This document shows, piece by piece, positions 54,701 through 63,590 of a stretch of DNA of 64,000 bases. This stretch comes from Ascidiella aspersa (lineage: Eukaryota), in NCBI GenBank assembly GCA_963924565.1, contig OZ004611.1, forward strand, positions 25,048,001 to 25,112,000, written 5' to 3'. A model generated the notes under the pieces. It was not told the origin of the DNA, did not search any database, and saw nothing but the letters and a program-made list of their open reading frames with translations. The position numbers and the translations under genes were made by a program. Positions within the stretch are counted from its first letter, which is position 1. Every line of letters begins with the position of its first letter.

Positions 54701-56973
54701 TTGTGTCGCTCACGCCCATTTTGACCGACCTCTCATAATGCATTTTTGTTTAGATCTTGCGAGGCAACTTTTCGATGATCCGCTTGGAGAGCTGACAAAA
54801 CTGGACGAACAACTTCAGCACAACGAGGTAAGCCTTGGACCAGTCTTGTAAAAAAGTCATTAACAAATAACTTAAATTCCAGTAAGATCATTTATTAGTT
54901 GTCCACGTTTACTCAGGTATTATCGTAACGAGCTCGGCCGAATTACGCCATTGATATACAAATATATTGTTACTATAAAAATGAATAAGTGATCCTGAGC
55001 AAATATTTTGAATAACAAACGACCCGTAACATATAGAAAGCAAACTATAACTTTACCAAAAAAGATTTCAGTGAAAACAATTAGGTCGAATTCAAGGCGT
55101 TTGCCTTAATGCTTTTGGTTAACCTCGGTCATTTATTAAATTAACTGAAATTATGTCAAGTCATTATGTGTAAAATTCTAAAGTCAAATCAAGCCATTTG
55201 AAAACAGTGACTTAATTCAAGTAATTTGCTAAAAACTGGTATATTTCACATTTTCAGCATACGGTACAGAATTTTTGTCGTGTAGTTTAAGGAGTTGCAA
55301 CATTTAACTGTCGTAACAAAATATAAATAAAGAGCACATGTAAGCTATCGCAATATCTGCCCGCGATACGCGGTTCAAAGTCGTTTATTTAGTGAAACTT
55401 ATTGTCGGCGAAGCTCACAATTCAGAGTTGATCATATGTCAGCATTTAAAACTGCGCATACAGTGACTCAAAGTCTATATATGTTTCTTTAGATACGTAA
55501 TTTCCGTGTGGGCCACCGGGCGTTATGCGCACCAAACGGTTAAATTACCGGGTGTTTATCAGTAATCTCTGTTAATAATACGGAAATACTGTTCAAAGGA
55601 TATATGTCACTGCGACTGTAATTGAATATTTTTTAGATTAATAACTCTTGCCATGATTTGTAACCTGTTTTGTCGAAATTCTGAATTAGTTATTGACAAA
55701 CGGAATGCATTAAAATATATAGGCAGTCAGTTTTGCTTTGTTGATTGCAATCAGCACGTGCTTGATGTTCTTAAAGGATATCTACACTTGACAAAACTTG
55801 AACAGATCGGTCTTCTTAATATAAAGAGCTTAATGAAGAAATCTTTGTAAGTCATTAACCATGTCATCAACCAATTTTGTATTTTCTTGAACAAGCAAAC
55901 CTCGAATTATTTGAAAAAAATGTCGCATTACTGCCACCCAGCGAGCGCGTTCAAAATATGCCCTACCATTTTTACACTGACCTTCAGACAACAATATGGT
56001 TTATTACGTTCAAAATAAAAAAAATATTTTATTAATCAGTATGTTGGAACAATCTCTAAAGGTTATAACGCTTTGCGTTACGAAACGAAAGGTTTCTATA
56101 TAACTATAGTATAGTTTTATCTTTGGTTGCTTTACAACCAATTCACCATTCTTATTTCTCTGTTTCTTATACCTTTATTAAACACTATCTATACGAACTT
56201 TTGCAGGATTATTTTCTGATCTATTTTTTATCCTTTTTTTTCATCTTTCCTTATTTTCCGCCCCTTTTAGACTGTTTCTGATTACGAAAATCACAGTGAA
56301 ATCTTTCGGAAAATAATGCGCTCCTCAAAACTGTCCGCTCTTCTTCAACAACACGTGGCAGACGAAGGTCATGTTCAAGGTCAGACGGCGGAACAAGTTC
56401 AGTCCTTCTTTAATCCCCTAATCGACGTCGAAGGCAATACATCCAACGAGAGAAACACAGATTCTCAGGAAATTAAACATCGAAGGAGTTTAAAGACGCG
56501 GGAAGTACGACAATATATTCTTGACCACCATCTTCTCCTTTTTATTTCTTCTACTTTTCGTTTATACTTTTTCTTCTTTGTGAAAGATTTTTCTACAAAG
56601 AGTGTGTTTTCCTGGTGGTACACAATATAATGTATTTTGGTACACAATATTCGTATTTTAAACGTTCTCTTTTTGTTAAGCCCCGAACTTGCTGCTTTTA
56701 ACCAAACTTTGGTAAAAGATACAAGCACATTTTGTTCATATACTTTTATGAACTAATGAAATCAGCATGGTAAACGTTTATATCAGTGGTTCTCAACCTT
56801 TGGTGGCTCGCGGTACCCTACAGAAATTACAAATGTGCAAATATATTTTCTACTTCTACAAAGTGTGAACGTTACATTAAATTCTTTAGGGTGGACATTT
56901 GCAATCCAGTATGATGGTAGACGACACCGATGGGTCGTTGGACGCCTTCGACCCTCTCAAGAGCCTAATCTAA
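36773..56973 (+). CDS. GULP1: GULP1 / ced-6 PTB-domain engulfment adaptor. Spliced CDS join(36773..36781,37011..37082,37919..38089,42716..42850,46360..46452,50937..51044,[51346..53163],53597..53756,54754..54827,[56271..56504],56890..56973); ~301 aa without and ~985 aa with the bracketed exons
   Basis: All introns are GT-AG with consistent phases. Translated exons closely resemble GULP1/CED-6: [78 protein letters not shown], coiled coil LNKRIEQLEKENTTLK, DAFDMRPF and C-terminal LDAFDPL. Confidence 0.93.
37011..37082 (+). CDS. GULP1: GULP1 exon [24 protein letters not shown] (start of PTB)
   Basis: tttgcag acceptor, AAG|gtatac donor, 24 codons; similar to the GULP1 W(M)H(T)PEAL...Y.AK segment. 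Confidence 0.9.
37656..37850. repeat. (TGACTT/AAGTCA)n-rich DNA-transposon remnant (family D)
   Basis: Multiple tgactt/gacttg units ending acaacactg; the same units and terminus occur at 59812-60308, with similar units at ~55155-55225. Confidence 0.65.
37919..38089 (+). CDS. GULP1: GULP1 PTB exon LVGVVEV...CNLRTK
   Basis: tatttag acceptor, AAG|gttagt donor, 57 codons, strong GULP1 similarity. Confidence 0.95.
39037..39178 (+). mobile_element. Family P copy 3 (inverted arm, direct arm, tail)
   Basis: aataacaaagcccatacggaagtagg ... cctacttccgtatgggctttgatatt plus tail ending attatgatcca. Confidence 0.75.
40676..40801 (+). mobile_element. Family P copy 4 (inverted arm, direct arm, tail) with a 13-bp TSD
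   Basis: Perfect flanking direct repeat gtttgtcaaagtg at 40658-40670 and 40804-40816. Confidence 0.78.
41435..41714. mobile_element. hAT MITE (280 bp)
   Basis: TIR cagggatgggcaa / ttgcccacccctg; TSD ctataaaa / ctgtacaa (6/8); cgggcc subterminal motifs; related fragment at ~63198-63270. Confidence 0.8.
42716..42850 (+). CDS. GULP1: GULP1 PTB exon [18 protein letters not shown]...LDSLHE
   Basis: tacag acceptor, GAA|gtgggt donor, 45 codons. Confidence 0.95.
45039..45215. repeat. Diverged tandem duplication, ~102-bp period
   Basis: gtgtttccag...tagtt.tcta...ataaac....ctttgatatgatgct...gaaaata twice. Confidence 0.8.
45615..45700 (-). mobile_element. Family P copy 5 (reverse orientation)
   Basis: Reverse complement of tail plus arm; flanking direct repeat tcatggtttgt / taatcgtttgt (9/11). 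Confidence 0.7.
46360..46452 (+). CDS. GULP1: GULP1 exon [31 protein letters not shown] (PTB C-terminal helix)
   Basis: AAG acceptor (the upstream CAG at 46340 is out of frame), CAG|gtatgg donor, hallmark ITLTIGQAF motif. Confidence 0.95.
48408..48602. mobile_element. MITE-like element with 28-bp imperfect TIRs
   Basis: caaggcaggatagggtaatgcgtactgc vs reverse complement of gcattacgccataccctatcccgccttg (24/28); internal ggttagg-like units. Confidence 0.65.
49838..50713. repeat. Spaced direct duplication of ~210 bp (49838-50053 and 50504-50713)
   Basis: Shared blocks ttatcaggcatttctgagttgaat, gcggtaatatcagttcaagcaa, atagttacctata and accaccatt in the same order. Confidence 0.88.
50937..51044 (+). 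CDS. GULP1: GULP1 leucine-zipper/coiled-coil exon VMELNKRIEQLEKENTTLKQTISGL...TAI
   Basis: tttctag acceptor, ATT|gtgagt donor, 36 codons, heptad leucines as in GULP1. Confidence 0.93.
51346..53163 (+). CDS. GULP1: Giant 1818-nt (606-codon) phase 0-0 exon encoding a disordered Ser/Lys/Pro-rich segment; probable alternative exon of GULP1
   Basis: Core of the 669-aa ORF. Pyrimidine tract plus AAG at 51345; donor TCG|gtactt at 53164. The hydrophobic ends of the ORF correspond to translated intronic pyrimidine tracts. Confidence 0.8.
53597..53756 (+). CDS. GULP1: GULP1 exon VNAQPTLSRDAFDMRPF...AKKQE
   Basis: AAG acceptor, G|gtaaat donor (phase 1); DAFDMRPF resembles the GULP1 FDMxPF motif. Confidence 0.88.
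54754..54827 (+). CDS. GULP1: GULP1 exon DLARQLFDDPLGELTKLDEQLQHNE
   Basis: tttgtttag acceptor, GAG|gtaagc donor, phase 1-0; KLDE as in the GULP1 C-terminal region. Confidence 0.88.
56271..56504 (+). CDS. GULP1: Second probable alternative exon (234 nt, phase 0-0) TVSDYENHSE...RRSLKTRE
   Basis: Very long pyrimidine tract plus TAG at 56270; open 78 codons; weak donor GAA|gtacga. Confidence 0.68.
56890..56973 (+). CDS. GULP1: GULP1 last coding exon GGHLQSSMMVDDTDGSLDAFDPLKSLI*
   Basis: ttctttag acceptor, TAA at 56971-56973; terminal DPL motif as in GULP1/Ced-6. Confidence 0.87.
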   Translation, partial: GGHLQSSMMVDDTDGSLDAFDPLKSLI

Positions 56974-57158
56974 TGACGCTGCAGTGACGTCATTCCTCTT
57001 TTCTGACTTCAGTCAACACTCTTTTCCTCAACACCTAGGTGCAATGACATGTCAGGCAAATGGTCGGATATTGAACATTGATATTTTAAAGTGTCGGTAA
57101 TGTTGCGTGTTGTTTGTTCTCAAGGCTTCTTTATTTTGATAACTGTGTATCGTTATAA

Positions 57159-57333
57159 TAAGAATATCAAAGCCCATACAGAAGTAGGTATCATTTTGAA
57201 CGTTTAGAATAACTCTTTATTCATTTTCAACATAGTGAAGAGTTATTCGAAACGTTAAAAATGATACCTACTTCTGTATGAGCTTTGGTATTCTTAATAC
57301 GATATATTACAACTTCCAGCCATTATGCTCCAA
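57159..57333 (+). mobile_element. Family P copy 6, best preserved: 59-bp inverted arms plus ~36-nt one-sided tail
   Basis: Arms 57159-57217 and 57238-57296 are 55/59 complementary; flanking direct repeat tgtgtatcgt / tgtttatcgt (9/10). Confidence 0.85.
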
Positions 57334-57573
57334 TGTTTATCGTCAATTTGCTGTTTTTCTTGTGAAAAATGCAATATAAAATGTGCTGAATTAAGATTGG
57401 CCCATGCACATCCTGATGCTTCAAATCGACAAAAATCTAATTTCCTGTCTTTACAAAAATCAAGGCCATAAGCTGCAACTTGCACCCAATTACTTGATCT
57501 AATGCAACACGCTCAGTCGCTTACATGTTATTACACCTCCGTTGTTTTTTGAAAGTGATAGGTTAGTTTTGAC

Positions 57574-58043
57574 CAGGGATGCGGAGTCGGTTAAAAATAA
57601 CCCGAGTCCAACTCCCGAGTCCGACTCCGGCCAAAAAAATAAACCCGAGTCCGACTCCCGAGTCCCGAGACCGACTCCGGTCAAATGTGCGATTTTGCCG
57701 AGTCTCGAGTCCGGCCGAATTCTACAGCCCGTGTTTCGCCAATTTACGTAACTAAAATAACGTGGCTATTCAACAATCCACTTATAGTGGTGTCAAATAA
57801 TTCATTCCACTCACATTACATGGTTGGAAAATGTTCCACCATATAATATTCCACCTTTACAATTTAAATTTGGCGGCCATATGAGTTTTGAAATTTGGTA
57901 CCGCGCATGCGCATGTCGGACTCGGGACTCGGGTAGTTTTACAAGGTCTTACTCGAGTCCCGAGTCCCGAGTCCGACTCCAGCAAAAACAAACCGACTCC
58001 TCGAGTCCCGAGTCCCGAGTCCGACTCCGACTCCGCAGCCCTG
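57574..58043 (+). mobile_element. hAT-type MITE family A copy 2 (intact, 470 bp)
   Basis: TIR cagggatgcggagtcgg / ccgactccgcagccctg; perfect 8-bp TSD gttttgac (57566-57573, 58044-58051). Confidence 0.95.
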
Positions 58044-59811
58044 GTTTTGACACAATCGTGTTTGGCTGAATTTTGTTTTTACAACACTAAGTATACTCTT
58101 CTTTCTTCCTTACCCTTTTTGCTTTTCTTTGGTGCCCTTGATTTAAAGTGTTGCTGTTTTTGCTATTTTCTTTATTGTGTTTATTTCGAACTAAGCTGCA
58201 GTATTTTTAACGTTTTTTATTAACGTTAAGCTGTAAGTAAAATAGTGACATTTTACAAGTTTTGGAAAAATGCTTTTATTTAGTTTGACAAAATTGATTT
58301 CAAAATTAATAAAAATTTAAAACAAAAAAATTACCCCAATAAACTAAGAACTAAATAAGTATTAGATAAGTATTATTGTAATGAAATATGATCAAGGCAT
58401 TTTAGGTTTTCCTAAATTGAACACGAAAACCAATTTGTGAGGTAACGTATAATATTGGTGTAAAAACTGGTTTTTGAGTTTCTTGTATTAACCTTTTCGA
58501 TTTCCACAGTCAACATGTTACTCCTTTCGTCTTCAACTTTTCTTTTTGCGCTATTGCTTCAAGTATTGATCGCTTTTCGCAAACAAGTATTTTGCGTTTT
58601 TTGGCAGTTCGTATGTGTTGTTACCGATATTTTTAATGTTGGCCCGGGTAAAATAATGTTAGCATATGCGCTGCGGAATTTTAACTTAAAGGCTTCGTGT
58701 TCAATATTAATGAAGTTCACCTTGGACAAAACATATCGCCATGGACTTAGTCAGCAGTTGAAACTATTTTATTTTTTACTACGTAATATTGTAAGTCGGT
58801 CAGAATTAACCTAAAGGTGAACGTTAAATAACAAGTAGATAAATGTAGAGTTTGAAGTTCATTTCCGTGTCAATAACGTTTACGTCATTGCCTGATTGTA
58901 AATAAATTTGTTACTGCATTGGTGACTGGTCAATGTTAGTGTAGCAGTCGAGAAAAGATTAGTTATTACTGTGCATAGTTTTGTAAAAGTATGTTTTCTT
59001 GCTAATCTATGTATTTTTCTTGCTAAATGGACAAAACACTATTCCTTATTGATTGAAACGAGGGGACGGTAATAGATATAGGTGATAGAATAATATCGAA
59101 AAAAAATGTCTTACGTATTTGTCGTCATCTACACTGCCAACACGCACAATATACTTCCCTAGGGTTTTTCTAGCAATGAAATAACAATTTACCGATCGGA
59201 CAATCATGCTTTTTTACCCTTAATTTATTGTATTTGTTGTATAAACGGCTCGGTAAAATGCGATTTTCGTTATAAATGTTACACATTAGTCACATGCTAA
59301 TTTATTTTTGTTAGTTACTGTGATCTAAAATAGGCTGGATACGCACTTACACACTGTCCATTTTAGCCAGAAAGATTACATATTGGGCTACTATATTTTA
59401 AAAGTGTATAGACAATTGATATTCAGCAACAATACAAAAATCGTTTAGTACAAAAGTTTGCTGTGACAGTAAAAAAAACACATTTAAATGTCTTGTCAAA
59501 TTGACGAAGAAGGTTCATTCCATATTGCTTTCAATCGGAGTTGCTTAGATCGAAATTTGTGGATTTTACATTTGGCAAATAAGCTTCGAAAGGAAAGCGT
59601 CATCTGGAAACTGAATAATAAATTAAAATATACTTTGCTTTTTGATGAGGCAAGGCGTAATAAATCTGTCACCGACCGTTCTTGCGGTAACGCACCCCAC
59701 ACAAAAGTATTTCGGCTGCATCAGTATTCTCTTCAACGGTAGTAGCTTTATCATCAGCATAAGTCGTTTTGAAAACCTAAGTAGGCCTATAAGTCCCAGA
59801 CCAAGTTATCA

Positions 59812-60308
59812 ATTGGCAAAGTCAAGTCTCACACAAGTCATTTTCAGAGCAAGGCAACTTTAAGTCAAGTCACATTGTGGATGGTCCGTATATATTCCAA
59901 CTAAACAAAAGTTGTTTTGGCACAATGACTTCAGTCAAGTCAATTCATTTGCAAACAGTTACTTAAGTGCACTTATGTCAAGTCTTTGACTTGTTGTAAA
60001 CAAGACATTTGAAGTCACTTCTAGTCCCAGTCGAGCAATAACTTATGTCTAAGGCTCTAAGCAAAGGAAAAACTTTTAAAATTGGTAACTCGTCCGATTA
60101 TAATCTATAACTAAATAATAAAAAAAAAACATGGAGAAATATAATCGTTTTACGTAAACCATAAGAGATAAATTGATCAATTTTATTAAAAAATGTTAAA
60201 TAAAATTACTTAATTAAAAACCCAGTCCTTTGACCCAAAGACATTTAAAAAAAACAGTGACGTAAGTGCACTTAAATTAAGCGTTTGACTTAAGTCACAA
60301 CAACACTG
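59812..60308. repeat. Family D (AAGTCA/TGACTT)n transposon remnant
   Basis: Dense aagtca/tgactt units; ends acaacactg as at 37850. Confidence 0.65.
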
Positions 60309-60528
60309 CATTGCTTCATGTTTTCCTAGACTTATAGGTAAGTTTTTTTTAGTCTACTCTGGAAGGGAAATTTAGGTTTCGTTGGGACAGTCTGTTAGTA
60401 CAAGCAACCTCATAGAAGGGGATCCAATACCATATAGTTTGTTCAATGAAACATTCACACATATGTGTGTTAATAACTGAGATCTAGCCCTTCGAAGCTG
60501 CTTTTTGACCAACGACTACGGCTTACGT

Positions 60529-60797
60529 ATAATTAGTACACCGAAAGCCATCGCAGACTCACCGAATCTGTTGATCTATGATGCAAGCAGATTGAGCAAG
60601 CATTGGCGCATGGTTGTTTCTCGACTCGTTCCCTTCTGAGCCTGCATAGCTCAGTTGGTAGAGCGACGGCCCCGGCTTGACCGGAGGTCGTGAGTTCGAA
60701 CCTCACTGCAGGCTAGTTGTTTTTCTAGTCTGCTCTGCGTGCATCATAGATCAACTGATTCGGTGAGTCAGCGATGGCTTTCGGTTTCTCTAATTAT
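60529..60797. mobile_element. 269-bp inverted-repeat-bounded element enclosing a tRNA-like gene
   Basis: Arms 60540-60585 and 60740-60785 are 44/46 complementary; outer ataattag / ctaattat; no long TSD (a TA or AT dinucleotide is possible). Confidence 0.8.
60640..60714 (+). ncRNA. tRNA-like Pol III unit with non-canonical anticodon arm (not a decoding tRNA)
   Basis: Perfect 7-bp acceptor stem GCCTGCA/TGCAGGC; D arm GCTC-AGTTGGTA-GAGC (A box); T arm GTGAG-TTCGAAC-CTCAC (B box); AGGTC variable loop; T5 run at 60720-60724. The anticodon arm is 19 nt instead of 17 and cannot form a 5-bp stem with a 7-nt loop. Confidence 0.8.
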
Positions 60798-60862
60798 TAA
60801 TATTTAAAATTTTTTTATAAAATTGTGAACATTGACTCTGCAAATACAAGTTGTGGTGTCAT

Positions 60863-61052
60863 GCTGGAGTGAACCGCTTTCGTTTACAGGTTCGGGTTCG
60901 TTTAAGGTTCATGTTCTTTTAAGTTATTCGGTTCAGTTCCGGTTCGGCTCCTTAAAATTTTACAAACACGGTTCAGTTTCCGTTGCGGGTCGGAAAAAAC
61001 TTGCCCAAAACCGGTTCATAAAGTTTCGGTTCGGTACCGGTTCGACTTCCTG
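60863..61052. repeat. (GGTTC)n-rich MITE-like remnant
   Basis: About ten (c)ggttc units, ending ggttcgacttcctg. Confidence 0.6.
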
Positions 61053-61352
61053 GGATCAATTCAATTTATTCAAAAAACCCTTCGGGTGAATTGCAAAACA
61101 ACTCTTCGGGAAAATAATTTCTCTGCTCAACAAAACATGTTTTAAAGCACTGGATATGAGTGTGGTATTATAAAAGTTCAAGGTCCCTGATTAGGAAATT
61201 GTTCTTAGTTTAGTTCGTTTGGATTGTCAAAGTTTGAATTGGCTTAGGTTTTTAGGGTATCGCAAAATTATTTTTTTGCAATTTTGCCCTCGAAGGCATC
61301 CCCTCGTTGCTCACACAGGATAGTGTAAAGTACGTCCACGTTTAATCCTCAT

Positions 61353-61560
61353 CAGGGCTGCGGAGTCAGAGATTCGGGACTCGGAACTGGAGTCGGTTTA
61401 TTTTGTTGGAGTCGGACTCGGGACTCGAGTAGGATACGTAGTACCAAATTTCGAAATCGATAGTGCCGCAGTCTGTAAGTTGTAAAGGTAGAATAGAATA
61501 TATCATTCAATATTTTTCAACCATGTATTGTGGGTTTGTGAATTATATGACACCCCTATG
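61353..61560 (-). mobile_element. MITE family A copy 3, truncated and inverted
   Basis: Begins with TIR cagggctgcggagtc and follows the reverse complement of the right half of the 57574 copy (ggagtcggactcgggactcgagta, gtaccaaatttc, ttgtaaaggt, caaccatgta). Confidence 0.8.
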
Positions 61561-62656
61561 CCTGTGTTTTTAAACTTGTCAGAAATTTAGTGTGAATTTG
61601 GTTTGTGTCCGGACTGTGATGAGATTGTTAAATTTCGGCCTGAAACAGCCATTCCCATTCCATATCGGGACAACTGCCGACGCTCTCTTTCAGCCTTGGG
61701 ATAGTATTTCGCTTCGTGTGGAGTTAGTGTAATTTCACGATATCACACTCTTTGTAGTTTAAATTTACACCATTTTAACCTTCGTCGAATGAAATTAAAA
61801 CCTCCGGATGAATATATAAAAAAGGCGATTATCACGAAATACAGAACCAATTTGAAAAAAAGGATGGTAATATCCAGCTCAGAAGCCCCTAAATTTTGTA
61901 GAACGACTTCCAACGTTGTGTTGTCTTACTAAATATATTTAATTAGTCCATTACAGTAGTAATGCTATAATCTGGACAAGAGTGATAACTAATCAAATCG
62001 ATCCCACCTCATTTTAGTTGTATTTTTTTAAATGTTAGTTAAGGGAAAAGCAAATAAGTCATATTGGTTTGGAAAGTAATTTTTAGTCTGCTGTTTATAA
62101 GCAGCTGGGCTACAGTTTGTATTATTAGGATGTCTGTTATTGTATTCGATTTTGTCGGCTTCCTGTGCAATATTCATCCCATATATATCCCAGACGACAG
62201 TAGCGTACGTAAGTGGGTGGTAACCAGTGTAAGCCTGCCAAATCCATAACAGCCAAAATATTTTAAAAATAATATTTTTAAGTAAAACTCTTTTAACTCT
62301 CGTTAACCGAACTATTTCGCTATGTCATGCATTCCACTATGTCATGCATGTTCAATGTTCATGGCTAAATAAAAGAGAAACATGTAAATCAATTATCTTA
62401 CATTGATAAACCGTGACATATCTAATAACTAGGTTACTAGGACTAGTATTTTTTGATCTAAAAAAGAAATATTTCGACTTTTTTCATAAACTTGGCCGAA
62501 AAATACTGTTTTACAAACTTTCGATCTTTTAGGAATGTATTGATTTAAACAACGGGTTGTTGTATGACGATGTATGTGTACTGTGTTAGTGTCTTACTGT
62601 CATCAGTAATTTGATTTTATTGACTTTGACTTGAAATAGTTTGAAAAATACCCCTT

Positions 62657-62862
62657 CTAATAGCACACGGCGTTTTTAGAATGCAATTAGTAACTTAACT
62701 GTTATAAATAGGACAATTAAAAGTTTGGCAAAGAAGTTAAATCTTTCGTCAAGATTTTAGCGGTAGGTCAAATTTTTTATTTTGACTTTTTGCAGTATTT
62801 AACTGCCCTAGTTATAACTCTTAAGTTACTATTTGCATTCTTAAAGTGCCGTGTGCTATTAG
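62657..62862. mobile_element. Foldback/MITE with 65-bp inverted arms
   Basis: 62657-62721 vs reverse complement of 62798-62862: 56/65 identical (ctaatagcacacggc...agaatgcaa.tagtaacttaa..gttataa). Confidence 0.8.
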
Positions 62863-63546
62863 CAGTGATACCATTTGCTGAGGCCAAAAAAATATTTAGC
62901 CGGATTTTGTAATACCGTAGCAGTTTACAAATACTAGCGCATCTTATATTGACGAAGTAGCACCGCAAATCTTTTAATGCAAGGTTTTAGTTGACTCCTC
63001 TTGCAATTTTTTTCGGTTTAGAATTCGGAAAATGCCACAGTTTTAAATCATACCTTTTAAAGGGCTCGTTATGCTTAGCATCAAGGTAAGTTTTTGCTTC
63101 AGCGAAAACAATGTTCATTTTTAAATTTGATTTGCGATTAGCAAGTATATTTTTCTAATCGTCACAAAAAAAACTTGCTTACGTTTACTCTCTATATGAG
63201 CGGTAGGCAACCTACGGCCCGTTGGCCGGATCTGGGCCGCCAGTGTAAATTATCCGGCCCGCCGTTTTAAACTGGGCAAGAGGCGATTCCACATAATTTT
63301 TTCTATTTTCGCGCGTATCTTATTTACATATATATTATATGCTTAAGTATTGCGGGAATCTTTTCAGCCTTAGCAGTCGTACATAACCTTGAATTATTAT
63401 CAACAAAGAAAGATTCGCCAACTTAGTATAACATAACTGAATGCATCTTATTGTGTTTTGGAGTAGTTCATCTCGTCTTTTAAATACAAACATTATATCG
63501 AGAGTTTAACTGTAGTTTACGGCGTAATTTAACCTAGTTACTAGAC

Positions 63547-63590
63547 AGGGGTTCTTAAACTGTGGTCCAACTAGTTTTAGGGGGTCCTGG
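63547..63590 (+). mobile_element. Charlie-like hAT terminus fragment (similar single ends at ~18347, ~21731, ~27298, ~56783)
   Basis: caggggttcttaaactgtggtcc...ggggtcc preceded by an nnctagan-type target. Confidence 0.5.

Noticed and set aside
57499-58223. ORFs with repeated PESDS/SPESR motifs (also 31031-31391 and 32509-32811)
   Set aside because: Translations of MITE A subterminal repeats, not genes and not a CRISPR array (no unique spacers).
60640-60714. Functional tRNA (CTT Lys or TTG Gln anticodon)
   Set aside because: The anticodon arm is 19 nt and cannot present a 7-nt loop on a 5-bp stem; there is no intron-like geometry.
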